Both the position numbers and the translations under genes were made by a program. Below are positions 19,371-30,765 of a DNA stretch of 64,000 nt, in pieces. Below the pieces are notes generated by a model, which saw only the letters and a list, made by a program, of their open reading frames with translations, had not been told where the DNA came from and made no database searches. Location: positions 5,937 to 69,936 of the forward strand of contig JAEEZR010000012.1 of assembly GCA_016292035.1 (NCBI GenBank), given 5' to 3'. Origin of the DNA: Bacillales bacterium. Lineage in GTDB: Bacteria > Bacillota_I > Bacilli_A > RF39 > UBA660. The stretch's first letter is position 1, and each line of letters begins with the position of its first letter.

Positions 19371-19475
19371 TTTATGTCCTCCTTATCTTAATTTAATAAT
19401 ACACTCTTTTAGGCTAAAAATCAACTAATTTTTTGTTTTATATAATTATTATTCCCGTTTTTTTGCTATCTATAA

Positions 19476-21479
<2,004 letters not shown>

Positions 21480-21513
21480 TCAAATTTACGAATAAATAGA
21501 TACCTTTAGTTGA

Positions 21514-21542
21514 TTGACTTTTAAATGTATGAGCTTTATAAT
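21514..21542 (+). promoter_or_regulatory. Sigma-A-type promoter for the M14 peptidase gene: TTGACT -N17- TATAAT
   Basis: -35 TTGACT at 21514..21519, a 17-nt spacer, -10 TATAAT at 21537..21542. AAGAAAGAGGG RBS before the ATG at 21568. Confidence 0.55.
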
Positions 21543-21567
21543 AACGAGCTAAGAAAGAGGGTTTAAT

Positions 21568-21891
21568 ATGAAACGTTTTATAACTATTGCAAGTATTTTT
21601 TTAACTTTATTAATTACTATTAGTTTTTCTATAATGGATATTTCTGCTATGAAGATCAAAAGAGAAAAGAGTACTACTGTGAAGGACGCTAATGGCGATA
21701 TTTATGAAAAATTTATTAGTTATTCTGGTGATTTGCTTTCATCAGAAGAGATTAATAAAAAGATTAAGTCATATGGTACTTACAGTGGTAACAGAGGTAT
21801 GTTATTAGAAGAGTTTAAAGAGACCATGGCTAATGAGTGGGTTGATGTAACTTTCTATAAAAAAGTAATAAGCCAGTATCTATTGATTTAA
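21568..21891 (+). CDS. M14 zinc carboxypeptidase, N-terminal fragment (signal peptide plus start of the pro-domain). The reading frame breaks at the A6 run 21859..21864.
   Basis: Signal peptide MKRFITIASIFLTLLITISFS. The downstream ORF's frame is open back to 21861 (KSNKPVSIDLTKQYKYDDLYKIMRSL...). Inserting one A in the A6 tract fuses the two ORFs. Confidence 0.6.
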   Translation: MKRFITIASIFLTLLITISFSIMDISAMKIKREKSTTVKDANGDIYEKFISYSGDLLSSEEINKKIKSYGTYSGNRGMLLEEFKETMANEWVDVTFYKKVISQYLLI

Positions 21892-21926
21892 CAAAGCAAT
21901 ATAAATATGATGATTTATATAAGATA

Positions 21927-22976
21927 ATGCGTAGCTTATCCACTCATGAGGGAGTTTATTTATATTCTATTGGTAAATCGGTAGAAGGAAAGAATATATA
22001 TTCTATTGAAGTAGATATGACTAAAGGTAAAACTAAGAATACTATCCTATTAACTGGACAAGTTCACGCTAGGGAAACAGCTGGGCCTACATTTATTTTA
22101 AAAGAATTAATTGACTTAGTTAAAGCATATGAAAAAGGTGAAAAGAGAGCTAAAGATGTTCTAGGAAATACTAGATTTGTAGCAGTTCCTTGTGTTAATC
22201 CTGATGCACATGATGGAATTGGTTTTGACACCAAAAATTGGACTTACTCAGATGGTACGCTTTGGAAGGCAAATGCAAATGGAGCTGATATAAATAGAAA
22301 CTATGCTGGTCTTTCTTGGATGATGAGAGCTAAAGGAATAGAAAAGACTAAATATTCTTCTAATTCTAATAAACAGATTTATTACGCCGGGGATTCTGCC
22401 GGTAGTGAACCAGAAACCAGAGCAATGATGAAGTTTTATCAATACTGGATAGGTATTAGAAAAGCAAAGATGCTAATTGATTATCATCAACAAGGTAGAA
22501 TATCTTATACAGGTAAAAGCTACGCTACTGAGTCAATGAATAAGAGATGTGAAGAAATGCGCAAAGCATTATATAAAGTTCAAAAGAATGGACTTCTTGG
22601 TAAATCTTATAGTTATCCAGAAAAAGAGGATGAAGACACATATAAATCATATGGAAGAAACGGTGCCGGATCTACTAATACAGATTATGCATGGGCAGTA
22701 GCACTTGGTGCTAAATTCTCTACCAAATATGGCTTTTCTGTTTATACTGATACTAAAGGCAAAGAATATACAATACTTGAAGTGCCTAACAGAGATAAAA
22801 CATCTTATTTATTAAATCCTATTCTTATTCCTACATTTAGAGGTTTCTCTTGGGAAATAGGATATGGAAAAGATTATTTAGGTTATAGCAAAGATACTCT
22901 TAAATTAATTGCCAAAGAGTATGATAATTACAACTTTGGTGAGATGTTATATGCATACTATGATTTGATAAAGTAA
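21927..22976 (+). CDS. M14 family zinc carboxypeptidase (gamma-D-glutamyl-meso-diaminopimelate peptidase-like), C-terminal body of the frameshifted gene
   Basis: YSIGKSVEGKNIY...QVHARE (HxxE zinc ligands) and the overall M14 catalytic-domain pattern. Confidence 0.7.
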   Translation: MRSLSTHEGVYLYSIGKSVEGKNIYSIEVDMTKGKTKNTILLTGQVHARETAGPTFILKELIDLVKAYEKGEKRAKDVLGNTRFVAVPCVNPDAHDGIGFDTKNWTYSDGTLWKANANGADINRNYAGLSWMMRAKGIEKTKYSSNSNKQIYYAGDSAGSEPETRAMMKFYQYWIGIRKAKMLIDYHQQGRISYTGKSYATESMNKRCEEMRKALYKVQKNGLLGKSYSYPEKEDEDTYKSYGRNGAGSTNTDYAWAVALGAKFSTKYGFSVYTDTKGKEYTILEVPNRDKTSYLLNPILIPTFRGFSWEIGYGKDYLGYSKDTLKLIAKEYDNYNFGEMLYAYYDLIK

Positions 22977-23005
22977 AAAAAGATAATGAGTAATCATTAT
23001 CTTTT

Positions 23006-23629
23006 TTAGTTTCTTTTTGGAAATTTCTTAGTATATTTTAGTACTTCTTCATCATCAATATATCCTTGTTTTTGAAGCATATATTCTTCTAATGTCATTT
23101 GATGATATTTATTTATTATAGCCTCTGATGCCTCTTTAAAGAAGAATAGTAATCTATCTTTAGTGTCTTTTCCTTCTTGATCTATTTTACTTCTTCCATC
23201 ATATAATACATTTTTAATAAAGATATCAAATTTATCAAGTATGTCTGCATTTTCTATCTCATTAACAAAATCCATATATACTTTATTATCTTTTTTGTAT
23301 ATTCTTAGATATTTATTATGATCTCTAGTGTCATCAGTTTCTATTATTAAATCACCTTGGCAAAGATGCAATAGTGGTATATAAAGTGGATGTGTTATAT
23401 CAAATTCAAAAGATATTTTCTTTAATCCTTCTATTTCTTCAATGCTTGCTCCATCCATATCTGCATTAAGTCCATAGTCATCCCATTTATTTAAAGAGAA
23501 ACTTTTTTTGATGTTTAAATCTTCATAATAGTATTCACTTATGCTTATACTTGGCATGTAATTGCTTGCATCTATATTGCACGCTAATATTCTATTTTTA
23601 TTAATCTTTATTTTATTAGTTGAAATCAT
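23006..23629 (-). CDS. Hypothetical cytoplasmic protein (no recognisable domain) between pcrA and ligA
   Basis: 207 aa, hydrophilic, no TM. Its start overlaps the pcrA stop, suggesting co-transcription with pcrA. Confidence 0.35.
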   Translation of the reverse strand: MISTNKIKINKNRILACNIDASNYMPSISISEYYYEDLNIKKSFSLNKWDDYGLNADMDGASIEEIEGLKKISFEFDITHPLYIPLLHLCQGDLIIETDDTRDHNKYLRIYKKDNKVYMDFVNEIENADILDKFDIFIKNVLYDGRSKIDQEGKDTKDRLLFFFKEASEAIINKYHQMTLEEYMLQKQGYIDDEEVLKYTKKFPKRN

Positions 23630-23646
23630 TTTAAAACTCCCCTGTC

Positions 23647-25740
23647 TTAATTATTTACTTTATGGATCGATTTATGGTTTTTCATTAATTGTTTAATTCC
23701 TTCTTTAAAACCAAATGCTATAGTAGCAAGCGATCCATCTATCTTTACTACTACTCCTTCTCCATATTTATCATGGATAACTTTATCTCCTACTTCTAGA
23801 TCGTCATTTTTTCCTTCTTCATACATTTTAGAAGTATCAATTCTTTTTGTTTCAATACTTGGTATAGTATACTCTTTTTCTAAAAGACTGTCATCTATTT
23901 CTTCAATAAATCTGCTTGGAAGATTTAGATTAGTGTTTCCATATAGAGTTCTTTTTTTAGCATTCATTAAATATAGTTTCTTTTTAGCTCTTGTTATACC
24001 TACGTACATTAGTCTTCTTTCTTCTTCTAGTTCACTAGAGCTTTCCATGCTTCTTGAATGAGGAAATATTGTTTCTTCTAGCCCTACTAAGAAGACTTCA
24101 TTAAATTCTAGCCCTTTAGCTGAGTGAAGAGTCATTAAGTTTACTCCATTATCTACTTCTTTATATTCATTCATATCACTTACTAGTGCTATGTTTTCTA
24201 GGAATTCTTCTAGTGAGTATATACCTCTTTCTTCAAACGCAAGAGCAACTGATTTAAATTCTTCTAGGTTTTCTAATCTTATTTCACTTTCTAGATTATT
24301 TGTTTCTTCGAGTTCTTTCTTTAATCCTGATTTATCTAATATTATATCTATTAATCCACTTATATTAGTGTTTTTAGATTCTTCTATTAAATTTAATATC
24401 AATTCCTTAAATGATAATTCTTTTCCAGAAGTAATAGCATTAAACATGCTTGTATCTTCTAGAGTAGATACATTTCTTAAGTTTTCTATTGTTTTAGATC
24501 CAATTCCTCTTTTAGGTACATTTATTACTCTTTCTAGTGATACATCATCATTTGGATTATATATTAAATGTAGATATGCGATTAAATCTTTTATTTCTTT
24601 TCTGTTATAGAAGAAATAACTACCTACTACTTTAAAAGGTATATTTTCTTTTAAGAAAGCTTCCTCTAGTACACGGCTTTGTCCATTTGTTCTATAAAGG
24701 ACTGCTATTTCATTTTCTTTTTCGCCGTTTAGTAGTAGTTTTTTAACTTCTTTTACTACGGTAGATGCTTCATCTAGTTCTGTTTCACATCTTATATATT
24801 TTATTAAATCTCCGTCTCCATTATTGCTATATAGATTTTTTTCTTTTCTTTCAGTATTATTTTTTATTACTTCATTAGCTGCTTTTAGAATATTGTTAGT
24901 GCTTCTATAGTTTTCATCTAAGACGATAGTTGTTGCTTCTTTATAGTCTCTTTCAAAGTTAAGTACATTTTTATAGTTAGCAAATCTGAAACTATATATA
25001 GACTGATCCATATCACCTACTACAAATAGGTTTCTATATTTGGAAGCAAGTGTTTTACATAAATCATATTGAACCATGTTGGTATCTTGATATTCATCTA
25101 CTAATATATACTGATAATGTTCTTGATAGTGATCTAGTACTTCATCAGATGTTTTTAATATTTTTAGTGGTAATATTAATAGGTCATCAAAGTCTACACT
25201 GTTACTTCTTTTTAGTGCTTCTTCATATTTTTTGTATACTGCACATGCTGCTTTATCCATGTCTATCTTAGCAAATTGCTCGAAGTTTTCTGGTGATAAT
25301 CCTTCATTTTTAGCAAAGCTAATTTTATTTAATATATATTTAACTGGATATTTATCAGTGTCATAGTTTAATTCTTTTAAGAATCTTTTTACTAATGAAG
25401 TAGTATCATCTCTATCTAGTATAGTTATATTTTTATCATAACCTATTGCTGAGCCACTTTCTCTTAGCACTTTTAAGCCAAAAGAGTGGAAAGTTCCAAT
25501 AAATATAGAATCTGCTGTTTCTCCTAGTGAGGTTCTTACTCTTTCTCTCATTTCTCTAGCTGCTTTGTTAGTAAATGTTATTGCTAGTATGTTTTGTGGT
25601 CTTACTCCATCTTCTATTAATTTTACTATTCTATTTGTAAGTACTCTTGTTTTACCTGAACCTGCTCCTGCAAGTACTAGGCAAGGTCCTTCTTTATGAT
25701 TTACCGCTTCTAATTGTTTGTTGTTTAAATTCATTTGCAT
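23647..25740 (-). CDS. pcrA: ATP-dependent DNA helicase PcrA (UvrD family)
   Basis: Helicase motif I AGAGSGKTRVL and UvrD/Rep-family motifs throughout. 697 aa. The conserved pcrA-ligA neighbourhood is retained. Confidence 0.9.
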   Translation of the reverse strand: MQMNLNNKQLEAVNHKEGPCLVLAGAGSGKTRVLTNRIVKLIEDGVRPQNILAITFTNKAAREMRERVRTSLGETADSIFIGTFHSFGLKVLRESGSAIGYDKNITILDRDDTTSLVKRFLKELNYDTDKYPVKYILNKISFAKNEGLSPENFEQFAKIDMDKAACAVYKKYEEALKRSNSVDFDDLLILPLKILKTSDEVLDHYQEHYQYILVDEYQDTNMVQYDLCKTLASKYRNLFVVGDMDQSIYSFRFANYKNVLNFERDYKEATTIVLDENYRSTNNILKAANEVIKNNTERKEKNLYSNNGDGDLIKYIRCETELDEASTVVKEVKKLLLNGEKENEIAVLYRTNGQSRVLEEAFLKENIPFKVVGSYFFYNRKEIKDLIAYLHLIYNPNDDVSLERVINVPKRGIGSKTIENLRNVSTLEDTSMFNAITSGKELSFKELILNLIEESKNTNISGLIDIILDKSGLKKELEETNNLESEIRLENLEEFKSVALAFEERGIYSLEEFLENIALVSDMNEYKEVDNGVNLMTLHSAKGLEFNEVFLVGLEETIFPHSRSMESSSELEEERRLMYVGITRAKKKLYLMNAKKRTLYGNTNLNLPSRFIEEIDDSLLEKEYTIPSIETKRIDTSKMYEEGKNDDLEVGDKVIHDKYGEGVVVKIDGSLATIAFGFKEGIKQLMKNHKSIHKVNN

Positions 25741-25806
25741 ATCTTTTGCTCCTTACTAAGTTATTGTAAAACAAAAATAAATTAAGAACAAGCGAACATT
25801 CTTAAT

Positions 25807-26097
25807 TTATTCATCAATTCTAATTATTATTTCTCCATCCTTACTATAGAGGTATCTTTCTCTAGCATATCTTGCTACATATTCTTCATCTTGTAGTTTC
25901 ATTATTTCACTTTTTAACATTTCTTCTCTTTCTAATGTTTCTTTATATTTTTCTTCAAGCATTTTTTTATCTCTTTTGTTTCCATATATAATAGATACAT
26001 AACTTATAGTATTAGACATAAATACTACTAATAAAGGAATGAAAATACATAATAATAATATTAATCTTCTTTTATCTTTTTTAGTTATTGTTTTCAT
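25807..26097 (-). CDS. divIC: Septum formation initiator family protein (DivIC/FtsB-like)
   Basis: 96 aa with a single N-terminal TM followed by a coiled coil (LEEKYKETLEREEMLKSEIMKLQDEE). Sits in the yabP-yabQ-divIC neighbourhood. Confidence 0.6.
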   Translation of the reverse strand: MKTITKKDKRRLILLLCIFIPLLVVFMSNTISYVSIIYGNKRDKKMLEEKYKETLEREEMLKSEIMKLQDEEYVARYARERYLYSKDGEIIIRIDE

Positions 26098-26169
26098 ATT
26101 ATTCTCCTAGCTTAAGAATACCATTTTTTTATTATTTTTTCAATAAATGCTTATAAAATATACATTAAC

Positions 26170-26198
26170 TTGAAATAAAAGGCTTTTTTAAGTATAAT
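26170..26198 (+). promoter_or_regulatory. Sigma-A-type promoter TTGAAA -N17- TATAAT upstream of the plus-strand membrane protein gene
   Basis: -35 at 26170..26175 and -10 TATAAT at 26193..26198. GGGAG RBS at 26209..26213 and an ATG at 26219. Confidence 0.5.
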
Positions 26199-26206
26199 TA
26201 TCATGT

Positions 26207-27229
26207 TTGGGAGTAAATATGAAAGCTAAAAATTTTTTTAAAAATATTTTTATTTTTTTATTATTAATTTTTATTACATATTATATGATATTTAGAAAAC
26301 AAAATATGTTTGCTCTTCTAATGATTTTAAAGAGAGCTAAGATAGAATATATATTGCTTGCTATTTTATCTATGATTTTATATTTCTTAATAGAAGGAAT
26401 TAATGTTAGATATCTTCTTAAATCTTTGAAGTGCAATATTTCTGTTTTAAAAAGCTTTAGATACACATTAATTGGCTTTTTCTTTAGTTCTATTACTCCT
26501 GCTGCTACTGGAGGACAACCTGTAGAAATATATTATATGTCTAAAGAAGGTGTTCCTGTTTCTAAAGCTACTACTGCACTTTTGATTAATTTAAGTGCTT
26601 ATCAGATATGTACTATTTCACTTGCTATTATATGTTTTTTATTAAAACCCTATGTACTTCCTAATAATACCGTTTGGTTATTTATATTAGGAATATCTCT
26701 TAATTCTTTAATTCTTATATTCTTAATGATAGTTATTTTCCATAAGAGAGTAGCTGGCAAAATGGTCAAAGGTTTTATTAGATTCTTAGAGAAGTTAAAG
26801 TTTAAAAACGTAGACAAAGCTAAAAATAAAGTTGAAGAAGAAATGACTGTATTTAAAGAAAATGCACAATATATAAAAAAACATAAAAAAGAATTTGCTT
26901 TTTCTGTTTTAAGAATATATCTTCAAACTTGTGTATACTATATAGTTCCTTATTTAATTTATAGATCATTTGGTTTTAACAATTATAGTATATTTGATTT
27001 CTTTATTATACAGGCTGTGCTACACGGGGCTGTTAGCTGTATTCCTCTTCCAGGAGCTGTTGGTATTAGTGAATCTGTATTTCTTAAAATGTATGCACCA
27101 GCATTCTCAATTAAGTATATTAAACCTGCATTACTTCTTAGCAGAGGAGTAAGTTTCTATCTATTTGTTATAGTTAGTATGATTACAGTTTTATATACTT
27201 CTATGAAAAGCGATGTTAAAAATGAATAA
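26207..27229 (+). CDS. Flippase-like / lysylphosphatidylglycerol-synthase TM-region (UPF0104) family membrane protein. The ORF-track TTG start is doubtful; the likely start is the ATG at 26219 (MKAKNFF).
   Basis: About 8 TM helices, a central basic loop (FHKRVAGKMVKGFIRFLEKLKFKNVDKAKNK), and 337 aa size fit the LPG_synthase_TM/flippase-like family. Confidence 0.5.
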   Translation: MGVNMKAKNFFKNIFIFLLLIFITYYMIFRKQNMFALLMILKRAKIEYILLAILSMILYFLIEGINVRYLLKSLKCNISVLKSFRYTLIGFFFSSITPAATGGQPVEIYYMSKEGVPVSKATTALLINLSAYQICTISLAIICFLLKPYVLPNNTVWLFILGISLNSLILIFLMIVIFHKRVAGKMVKGFIRFLEKLKFKNVDKAKNKVEEEMTVFKENAQYIKKHKKEFAFSVLRIYLQTCVYYIVPYLIYRSFGFNNYSIFDFFIIQAVLHGAVSCIPLPGAVGISESVFLKMYAPAFSIKYIKPALLLSRGVSFYLFVIVSMITVLYTSMKSDVKNE

Positions 27230-27238
27230 AGTAATTAT

Positions 27239-27499
27239 TTACTTTATTTTTTTGTCTGAAAAAATAAATCCCATTATTCCTACCAATAAAAATAATAATT
27301 TTATTTGTCCTTGATTAATTATCTTTATTCCTAAAAAATATAATAAAGATAAATTAGTAGTGAATAATATATTTATTAGTACTTTATACATTGTTTTTGT
27401 TTGATATAGGTATTTATAAGATAATCTATATACATAATTATATATAATTCCATATATAAAAGAAAAAAGTATACTTATTATTTGATAAGTTAGGCTCAT
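27239..27499 (-). CDS. yabQ: Spore cortex biosynthesis protein YabQ
   Basis: 86-aa small three-TM membrane protein immediately downstream of, and overlapping, yabP, as in the conserved yabP-yabQ pair. Confidence 0.55.
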   Translation of the reverse strand: MSLTYQIISILFSFIYGIIYNYVYRLSYKYLYQTKTMYKVLINILFTTNLSLLYFLGIKIINQGQIKLLFLLVGIMGFIFSDKKIK

Positions 27500-27786
27500 T
27501 TAAATAACCTTGTAAGTATACTTTCTTTATTGTTTTTATTTTTATCTTCTAGATAATTAATACTATCTATTTTTCCTTTTATAGCTATATCTGAAGATAT
27601 TGTGTCTAGTTTTAGAAGTTCTAAGTTATCTCCCTTTATTAGCATATATCCCATTACTGTGTTTATAAAGAACTCATTTTTATCAAAGCTTTCTATCTTT
27701 TTGATTCCTGTTATATATATACTTTTTCTTTCTTTTATTTCTATGTTATGAAGCATTGTTTTTTCTTCTTTTTCCATTTTTTTCAC
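27496..27786 (-). CDS. yabP: Sporulation protein YabP
   Basis: IEIKERKSIYITGIKKIESFDKNEFFINTVMGYMLIKGDNLELLKLD aligns with B. subtilis YabP (LEISGVKEVESFDNEEFLLETVMGFLSIRGDNLQMKNLD). 96 aa. Confidence 0.8.
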   Translation of the reverse strand: MKKMEKEEKTMLHNIEIKERKSIYITGIKKIESFDKNEFFINTVMGYMLIKGDNLELLKLDTISSDIAIKGKIDSINYLEDKNKNNKESILTRLFK

Positions 27787-27829
27787 CAGTAAATAATATG
27801 CAAAAAAAGAAGTTCTATGACTAGAGCTT

Positions 27830-28105
27830 CTATTCTTCGCTTGCTTCAGTTAAAGATTTTTCATATGCATCAAGAATTTCTTTTTCAAACATTGTACGAA
27901 CTTCTTGATTGATTGGATGAGCAATATCTCTGAATCCACCAGTAGAAGTTTTTCTACTAGGCATTGCAATGAATAATCCTTTTGTTCCTTCAATAATTCT
28001 TATATCATGAACTGCAAATTCATCATCTAAAAGTACTGAAGCAACGGCTCTCATTCTTGAGTCTTCCCTTTCAGCTTTACGAATAGTTACGTTAGTAATT
28101 TTCAT
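27830..28105 (-). CDS. spoVG: Septation/sporulation regulator SpoVG
   Basis: MKITNVTIRKAEREDSRMRAVASVLLDDEFAVHDIRIIEGTKGLFIAMPSRKTSTGGFRDIAHPIN is the canonical SpoVG sequence pattern. 91 aa. Confidence 0.9.
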   Translation of the reverse strand: MKITNVTIRKAEREDSRMRAVASVLLDDEFAVHDIRIIEGTKGLFIAMPSRKTSTGGFRDIAHPINQEVRTMFEKEILDAYEKSLTEASEE

Positions 28106-28176
28106 CTTTCATCCTCCTTGTAACTTTTATATTTTAATTATATCTTTATTTTTTTATGAAATCAAGTTTTTTATTA

Positions 28177-28374
28177 TTATAGCTTCTTTACTATTATGTC
28201 TTTAGTTATTATATCTATGTAAGAAAAACATCTATTATTTACTAAAAATACATTATGATATATGTTTTTTATTATTCCCTCATATATATCTTCTTTATTT
28301 CTTCCTAGGTTAATTTTAATTACTACTCTTTTTCCTAGCAGTTCTTTTATTTCATTTCTTACTTTTTCTATCAT
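28177..28374 (-). CDS. veg: Veg (DUF1021) biofilm-stimulating small protein
   Basis: LGKRVVIKINLGRNKEDIYEGIIKNIYHNVFLV...FSYIDIITKDI aligns with B. subtilis Veg ([33 protein letters not shown]...VSYSYADILTETV). Lies between yabG and spoVG. Confidence 0.75.
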   Translation of the reverse strand: MIEKVRNEIKELLGKRVVIKINLGRNKEDIYEGIIKNIYHNVFLVNNRCFSYIDIITKDIIVKKL

Positions 28375-29129
28375 GATTTTTTGCCCCTTGGATAGCCTGT
28401 ATACATTGTTCCTTTTGTTTTTATACCACCTACACCTTTTTCTTTATACTTTGTTTTGGATATTAATTCTTTAATATTTATTTCATTTTCTTTATCTGAT
28501 AGAGATAAATATGCCGCTATCACTGCTGGATCAAGAGCATGTATGTTTTCTCTTTTTGGGCTTGAAGCAAAGGTTGATCCTGCTTTTATTAGCTCTTCGT
28601 AGTTACTTTGACATGCTCCTGCTACTACGATTAATTTATCTCTTTCTTTTTCTATCTTTCTTACTTCTTTTACTGCTTTTATGAAGTAATTACTATTTTT
28701 ATATTCATTTTTATTTTTATAATATGCATCATGGCCTGTTATTACTACTATATCTGGGTTATATTCTTGTATTAACTCTTTTATTTCTTTATATACATTT
28801 TCTTCTTTTATACATTTAGCTATGTAATTACATTTGTTTTCTTTATAGTAATTTTCACATCTTTGCATATAGTCTGTATCAGAATCTATATGAAGTATTT
28901 TACCTGGTATATAAAAAAATGAACTTCTATCTATGTTAGATATAAAGTTTATCTTTTCTTCTTCATTTCTTTCTTTTTCTTTTATTATTAAATCATTTAT
29001 TGGTGAATCTGCTAGTAATCTAACATCTACACCTTTTAAGATAGCTTGTTTATTTTTAATTTCTATTACTTCAAATAAAATATCTCCATTATAGCTTTTT
29101 CTTACTACATAGTCTCCTGTTTTTATCAT
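28371..29129 (-). CDS. yabG: Sporulation-specific protease YabG
   Basis: MIKTGDYVVRKSYNGDILFEVIEI..., ITGHDAYYK, GACQSNYEELIKAGSTFASSPKRENIHALDP and GVGGIKTKG all align with B. subtilis YabG. Confidence 0.85.
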   Translation of the reverse strand: MIKTGDYVVRKSYNGDILFEVIEIKNKQAILKGVDVRLLADSPINDLIIKEKERNEEEKINFISNIDRSSFFYIPGKILHIDSDTDYMQRCENYYKENKCNYIAKCIKEENVYKEIKELIQEYNPDIVVITGHDAYYKNKNEYKNSNYFIKAVKEVRKIEKERDKLIVVAGACQSNYEELIKAGSTFASSPKRENIHALDPAVIAAYLSLSDKENEINIKELISKTKYKEKGVGGIKTKGTMYTGYPRGKKS

Positions 29130-29178
29130 ATTACCTCCTAGTAAATATATTCACTAGAAAGTAAAAAGATGAATAATA

Positions 29179-30690
29179 CTATTCATCTTCTTCTTTTACG
29201 ATTAAACTTTCTCCAGTCATACAGTCTGGTTTTTTAATTTCATATATATCTATTATGGTAGGCGCAACATCTTTTAATGAACCTTCTTCTTTTAACTTAT
29301 AGTCATCATCACATATTATGAATGGCACTTTACTAGAAGTGTGAGATGTTATTGGCTCGCCTTCTTTAGTTAACATTTTTTCTGCATTTCCATGGTCTGC
29401 TGTTATTAGTAGCTCATAGTAGTGTTCTTTGCTAGCTTCATATATTTTGCCTAGACAGTAATCACATATTTCTATTGCATCTACAGTTGCTTTATAGTTG
29501 CCTGTGTGCCCTACCATGTCTGGGTTAGCAAAGTTTACTAATATAAAATCTGTATCATTATCCATTGCATTTATTACTTCAGTAGTTACTTCTACTGCTG
29601 ACATTTCTGGTTTTTGATCATATGTAGCTACTTTAGGTGATGGCACTAATATCTTATAGCAATTACTACTATTTAATTCATCTAATCCATCAAAGAAATA
29701 TGTTACATGTGCATATTTTTCTGTTTCAGCTATTCTTGCCTGTGTATACTCTAGTTCATCTAAGTATCTTCCTAATGTTGTTTTAGGTTTTTCTACTGTG
29801 TATGCATAGTCTATTCTTTCATCTATGTTAAATAAACTCATTAGTTTTAGATTTTCATATTTTTTTGTTTCAAAGCCAACAGTTTCAGGGCTAGCGAAGC
29901 AGTCTATCATTTCTTTCATTCTTTCTGGCCTGAAGTTTATAAATAATACTGCATCATTTTCTTTAATAGTTTTTCCATTTGTTATTATACTTGGATTTAT
30001 GTATTCATCTGTTATTTCTCTTTTATAGTGCTCTTCAAAACATTCTTCATAGCTTGAGAAATAGTTTCCTTTACCAAATACCATAGCATCATATGCTTTT
30101 TTGATTCTTTCCCAGCGATTATCTCTATCCATACTGTAGTATCTACCACTTATAGTTGAGATACATCCAAGTTCCATTTTTTTGGATTTTTCCATGAATT
30201 GATTTATAAAAGATAATCCACTTTTAGGAAGAGAGTCTCTTCCATCTGTTATAAAGTGAAATGCTACATCATTTAATCCTCTTAATTTAGCAAGCGCTAA
30301 GGCAGCATAATAATGGTTTATGCTAGAATGTACTCCCCCATCAGATAGTAATCCTACAAGATGAAGAGTACTATTATTTTCTTTTACATAATCCATTAAT
30401 TCTAATAGTTTTTCATTTGAAAATATTTCTTTACTTTTTATTTTATCATTTATATAAGTTAAAGCTTGCATGTTAATAGTTCCACTACCGATTGTCATGT
30501 GTCCTACTTCAGAGTTTCCTACTTGTCCTTTTGGTAGTCCAACTTCGGTTCCACTTGCTTCTAGAAGTGAGTGTGGGAACTTTTCCATAAAGCTATCATA
30601 GTTTGGTGTCTTGGCTTCTTTAATTGCATTTCCATATTCAAAAGAATTATAGCCAAAGCCATCTAACACTAGCAAAACTATCTTTTTCAT
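29179..30690 (-). CDS. gpmI: 2,3-bisphosphoglycerate-independent phosphoglycerate mutase
   Basis: LLVLDGFGY, SEVGHMTIGSG and the C-terminal metalloenzyme (alkaline-phosphatase-like) domain. 503 aa. Confidence 0.9.
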   Translation of the reverse strand: MKKIVLLVLDGFGYNSFEYGNAIKEAKTPNYDSFMEKFPHSLLEASGTEVGLPKGQVGNSEVGHMTIGSGTINMQALTYINDKIKSKEIFSNEKLLELMDYVKENNSTLHLVGLLSDGGVHSSINHYYAALALAKLRGLNDVAFHFITDGRDSLPKSGLSFINQFMEKSKKMELGCISTISGRYYSMDRDNRWERIKKAYDAMVFGKGNYFSSYEECFEEHYKREITDEYINPSIITNGKTIKENDAVLFINFRPERMKEMIDCFASPETVGFETKKYENLKLMSLFNIDERIDYAYTVEKPKTTLGRYLDELEYTQARIAETEKYAHVTYFFDGLDELNSSNCYKILVPSPKVATYDQKPEMSAVEVTTEVINAMDNDTDFILVNFANPDMVGHTGNYKATVDAIEICDYCLGKIYEASKEHYYELLITADHGNAEKMLTKEGEPITSHTSSKVPFIICDDDYKLKEEGSLKDVAPTIIDIYEIKKPDCMTGESLIVKEEDE

Positions 30691-30765
30691 TCATTTTTCA
30701 CCTACTATAATTTTAACATATTTAATTATTTTAGTCTACACGAGCAAAAAAGCCGTATGAACGGC

